Origin: Planctomycetota bacterium | Lineage (GTDB): Bacteria > Planctomycetota > GCA-002687715 > DRQF01 | Assembly (NCBI GenBank): GCA_011369445.1 | Contig: DRQF01000189.1 | Coordinates: 17,626-81,625 of the forward strand | Length of the DNA: 64,000 bases | Direction of reading: 5' to 3' | In this document: positions 62,817 through 64,000 of the stretch, one piece after another | Layout of the letters: every line of letters starts with the position of its first letter | Position numbering within the stretch: the stretch's first letter is position 1 | Position numbers and translations under genes: made by a program | Notes under the pieces: generated by a model | What the model saw: the letters and a program-made list of their open reading frames with translations, nothing else | Told to the model about the DNA's origin: nothing | Databases searched by the model: none

Positions 62817-64000
62817 TCACTTTTCTCGGGCGTTCGTCCAGACGAACTCGGCGCCATGGGATTTCCACCAGGCGGCCCATGCCCTGAGGGATGCCCGACG
62901 CGTCGCGTCATCCGCCGACGACGTCAGCGGTCGGGCACCTTCGGGCCTCTTCCCCACCAACCCGGCAATCAATCCCTCCAGAAGGGGTTGATCTTCTTCG
63001 GCGGCTTGCTCGAACGCCGTGATGAGCGGCCCCAAGAATTGGGGTCCGGCGAGTTTCTCGACGGACTGCACGGTCGTGACCTGGGCCCCGCCCATGACGA
63101 GGAAACGGGCGGCGTCATCCTCCTGGGAGACATCCGAGATCCGATCGGCGCGGAAGAGGACGCGCGCAAGCACGGCGCGCTCTCCATTGCCGACGACCCA
63201 CAGTTCGTTCGAGATGATCCGCTCGTCGTCGCTCTCCTCGTCGCGGACGCGGTAGGCCGCCGTCGGTTGGAATCCGAGCCATCGGGTTCGCGCGAAGACG
63301 TCCATGTAGGGGAATGTGTCCCCGCCCGCCGAATCGGTCACTCGGACGACCTTCTGTCCGACGAGCCGAGCGTGATAAGCGCTCACCAATCGCTCTTGAA
63401 ACACGAAAACCAGCACGCAAGCAGCGACGAGGAGAATGCCGCGCATGCGCCATGCCTTCCAGTCCACGTCCCGTAGACGGTTTCCCTCCGCGAACCAGGC
63501 CAGCATGATCCCGATCTCGAAAAGCGCGATCAGCGGCGTGGCCATGAGGATCTGGGTGACAGCGTCAGGGGGCGTCAGAAGCGCCCCGATGATGAAGGCG
63601 GCCAGGACGAAAAATCGGCGCTTCTCCCGGAAGGTCCGCGATGAGATCATCCCCAGTTTTCCGAGGAGCGCCATGACGATGGGCAACTCGAACACGAGCC
63701 CGAGGACCAATGTCAAGGTCGTGAAGAGGGCGAGGTACTCGCTCAGACCGATCCAGTTTTGGATCACCGACGGGTCGGAAAAACTGAGTAGGTAACGCAG
63801 CCCCACGGGGATGAGCACGAGATAGCCGAAGGCCACGCCCCCCATGAACAGCAGGAACATGGGGGGAGCGAACTTGTAGACGGCCCGGCGCTCGTGCTTG
63901 TAGAGCCCTGCCGCGATGAAGGCCCAGAATTGGTAGATCCAAAAAGGCGCGGAGACGACCAGGGCGACGATGAACGAGACCTTCAGGTAGGCCAAGAATG
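62817..64000 (-). CDS. tatC: Twin-arginine translocase subunit TatC (5' end outside window) with a ~220-aa C-terminal extension
   Basis: The frame is open to the window edge. TatC core APFWIYQFWAFIAAGLYKHERR, FLLFMGGVAFGYLVLIP, LVFELPIVMALL, IIGALLTPPD. It is followed by an extra TM (GILLVAACVLVFVF) and a soluble region with no recognised motif. Confidence 0.85.
   Translation of the reverse strand, partial: FLAYLKVSFIVALVVSAPFWIYQFWAFIAAGLYKHERRAVYKFAPPMFLLFMGGVAFGYLVLIPVGLRYLLSFSDPSVIQNWIGLSEYLALFTTLTLVLGLVFELPIVMALLGKLGMISSRTFREKRRFFVLAAFIIGALLTPPDAVTQILMATPLIALFEIGIMLAWFAEGNRLRDVDWKAWRMRGILLVAACVLVFVFQERLVSAYHARLVGQKVVRVTDSAGGDTFPYMDVFARTRWLGFQPTAAYRVRDEESDDERIISNELWVVGNGERAVLARVLFRADRISDVSQEDDAARFLVMGGAQVTTVQSVEKLAGPQFLGPLITAFEQAAEEDQPLLEGLIAGLVGKRPEGARPLTSSADDATRRASLRAWAAWWKSHGAEFVWTNAREK

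Overview
High-GC (clearly above 60% by eye), densely coding bacterial chromosome segment. I call 47 CDS and 4 tRNAs, and saw no rRNA, CRISPR array, transposase, integrase or phage genes. The gene content suggests a Planctomycetota/PVC-like environmental lineage, by inference only: a PVC-type heme-binding CxxCH mega-protein, DUF1080, ThuA, an ECF sigma factor coupled to a Ser/Thr kinase, and several very large secreted BNR/sortilin-like proteins. Positions 1-40.1 kb look accessory. They hold a sensor kinase, large anchored or secreted proteins, a four-gene operon of uncharacterised families built around a HerA/YjgR-like ATPase, a ThuA / PEP-hydrolase-like / Tm-1-like operon, an ECF-sigma / STK-TPR / Cys-rich secreted protein operon, small detox-type operons (one TetR-controlled), two M14 peptidases flanking a PP2C phosphatase, and a sortilin-like giant with PDZ and EF-hand inserts. 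Positions 40.1-64 kb are core housekeeping: tRNA-Glu/Lys, frr-pyrH-tsf-rpsB, lpxB, lpxA-lpxC/fabZ-skp-bamA, dnaB, rplI-rpsR-rpsF-pth-rplY-glmU, two tRNA-Gln, cinA, ychF and tatC. Four-nucleotide ATGA/GTGA stop-start overlaps are frequent. The ORF track uses GTG/TTG starts shown as M, and several starts were re-placed on signal-peptide and Shine-Dalgarno evidence. The best candidates for undescribed biology are the DUF2780-DUF4332-ATPase-DUF3465 operon (4.6-8.4 kb), the sigma/kinase/Cys-rich-protein module (18.1-22.8 kb), the split Tm-1-like pair coupled to ThuA, an octamer repeat cluster at 4.3-4.5 kb, and a TatC with a long C-terminal extension. None can be assigned a function from sequence alone, and all family names come from motif recognition, not database searches.
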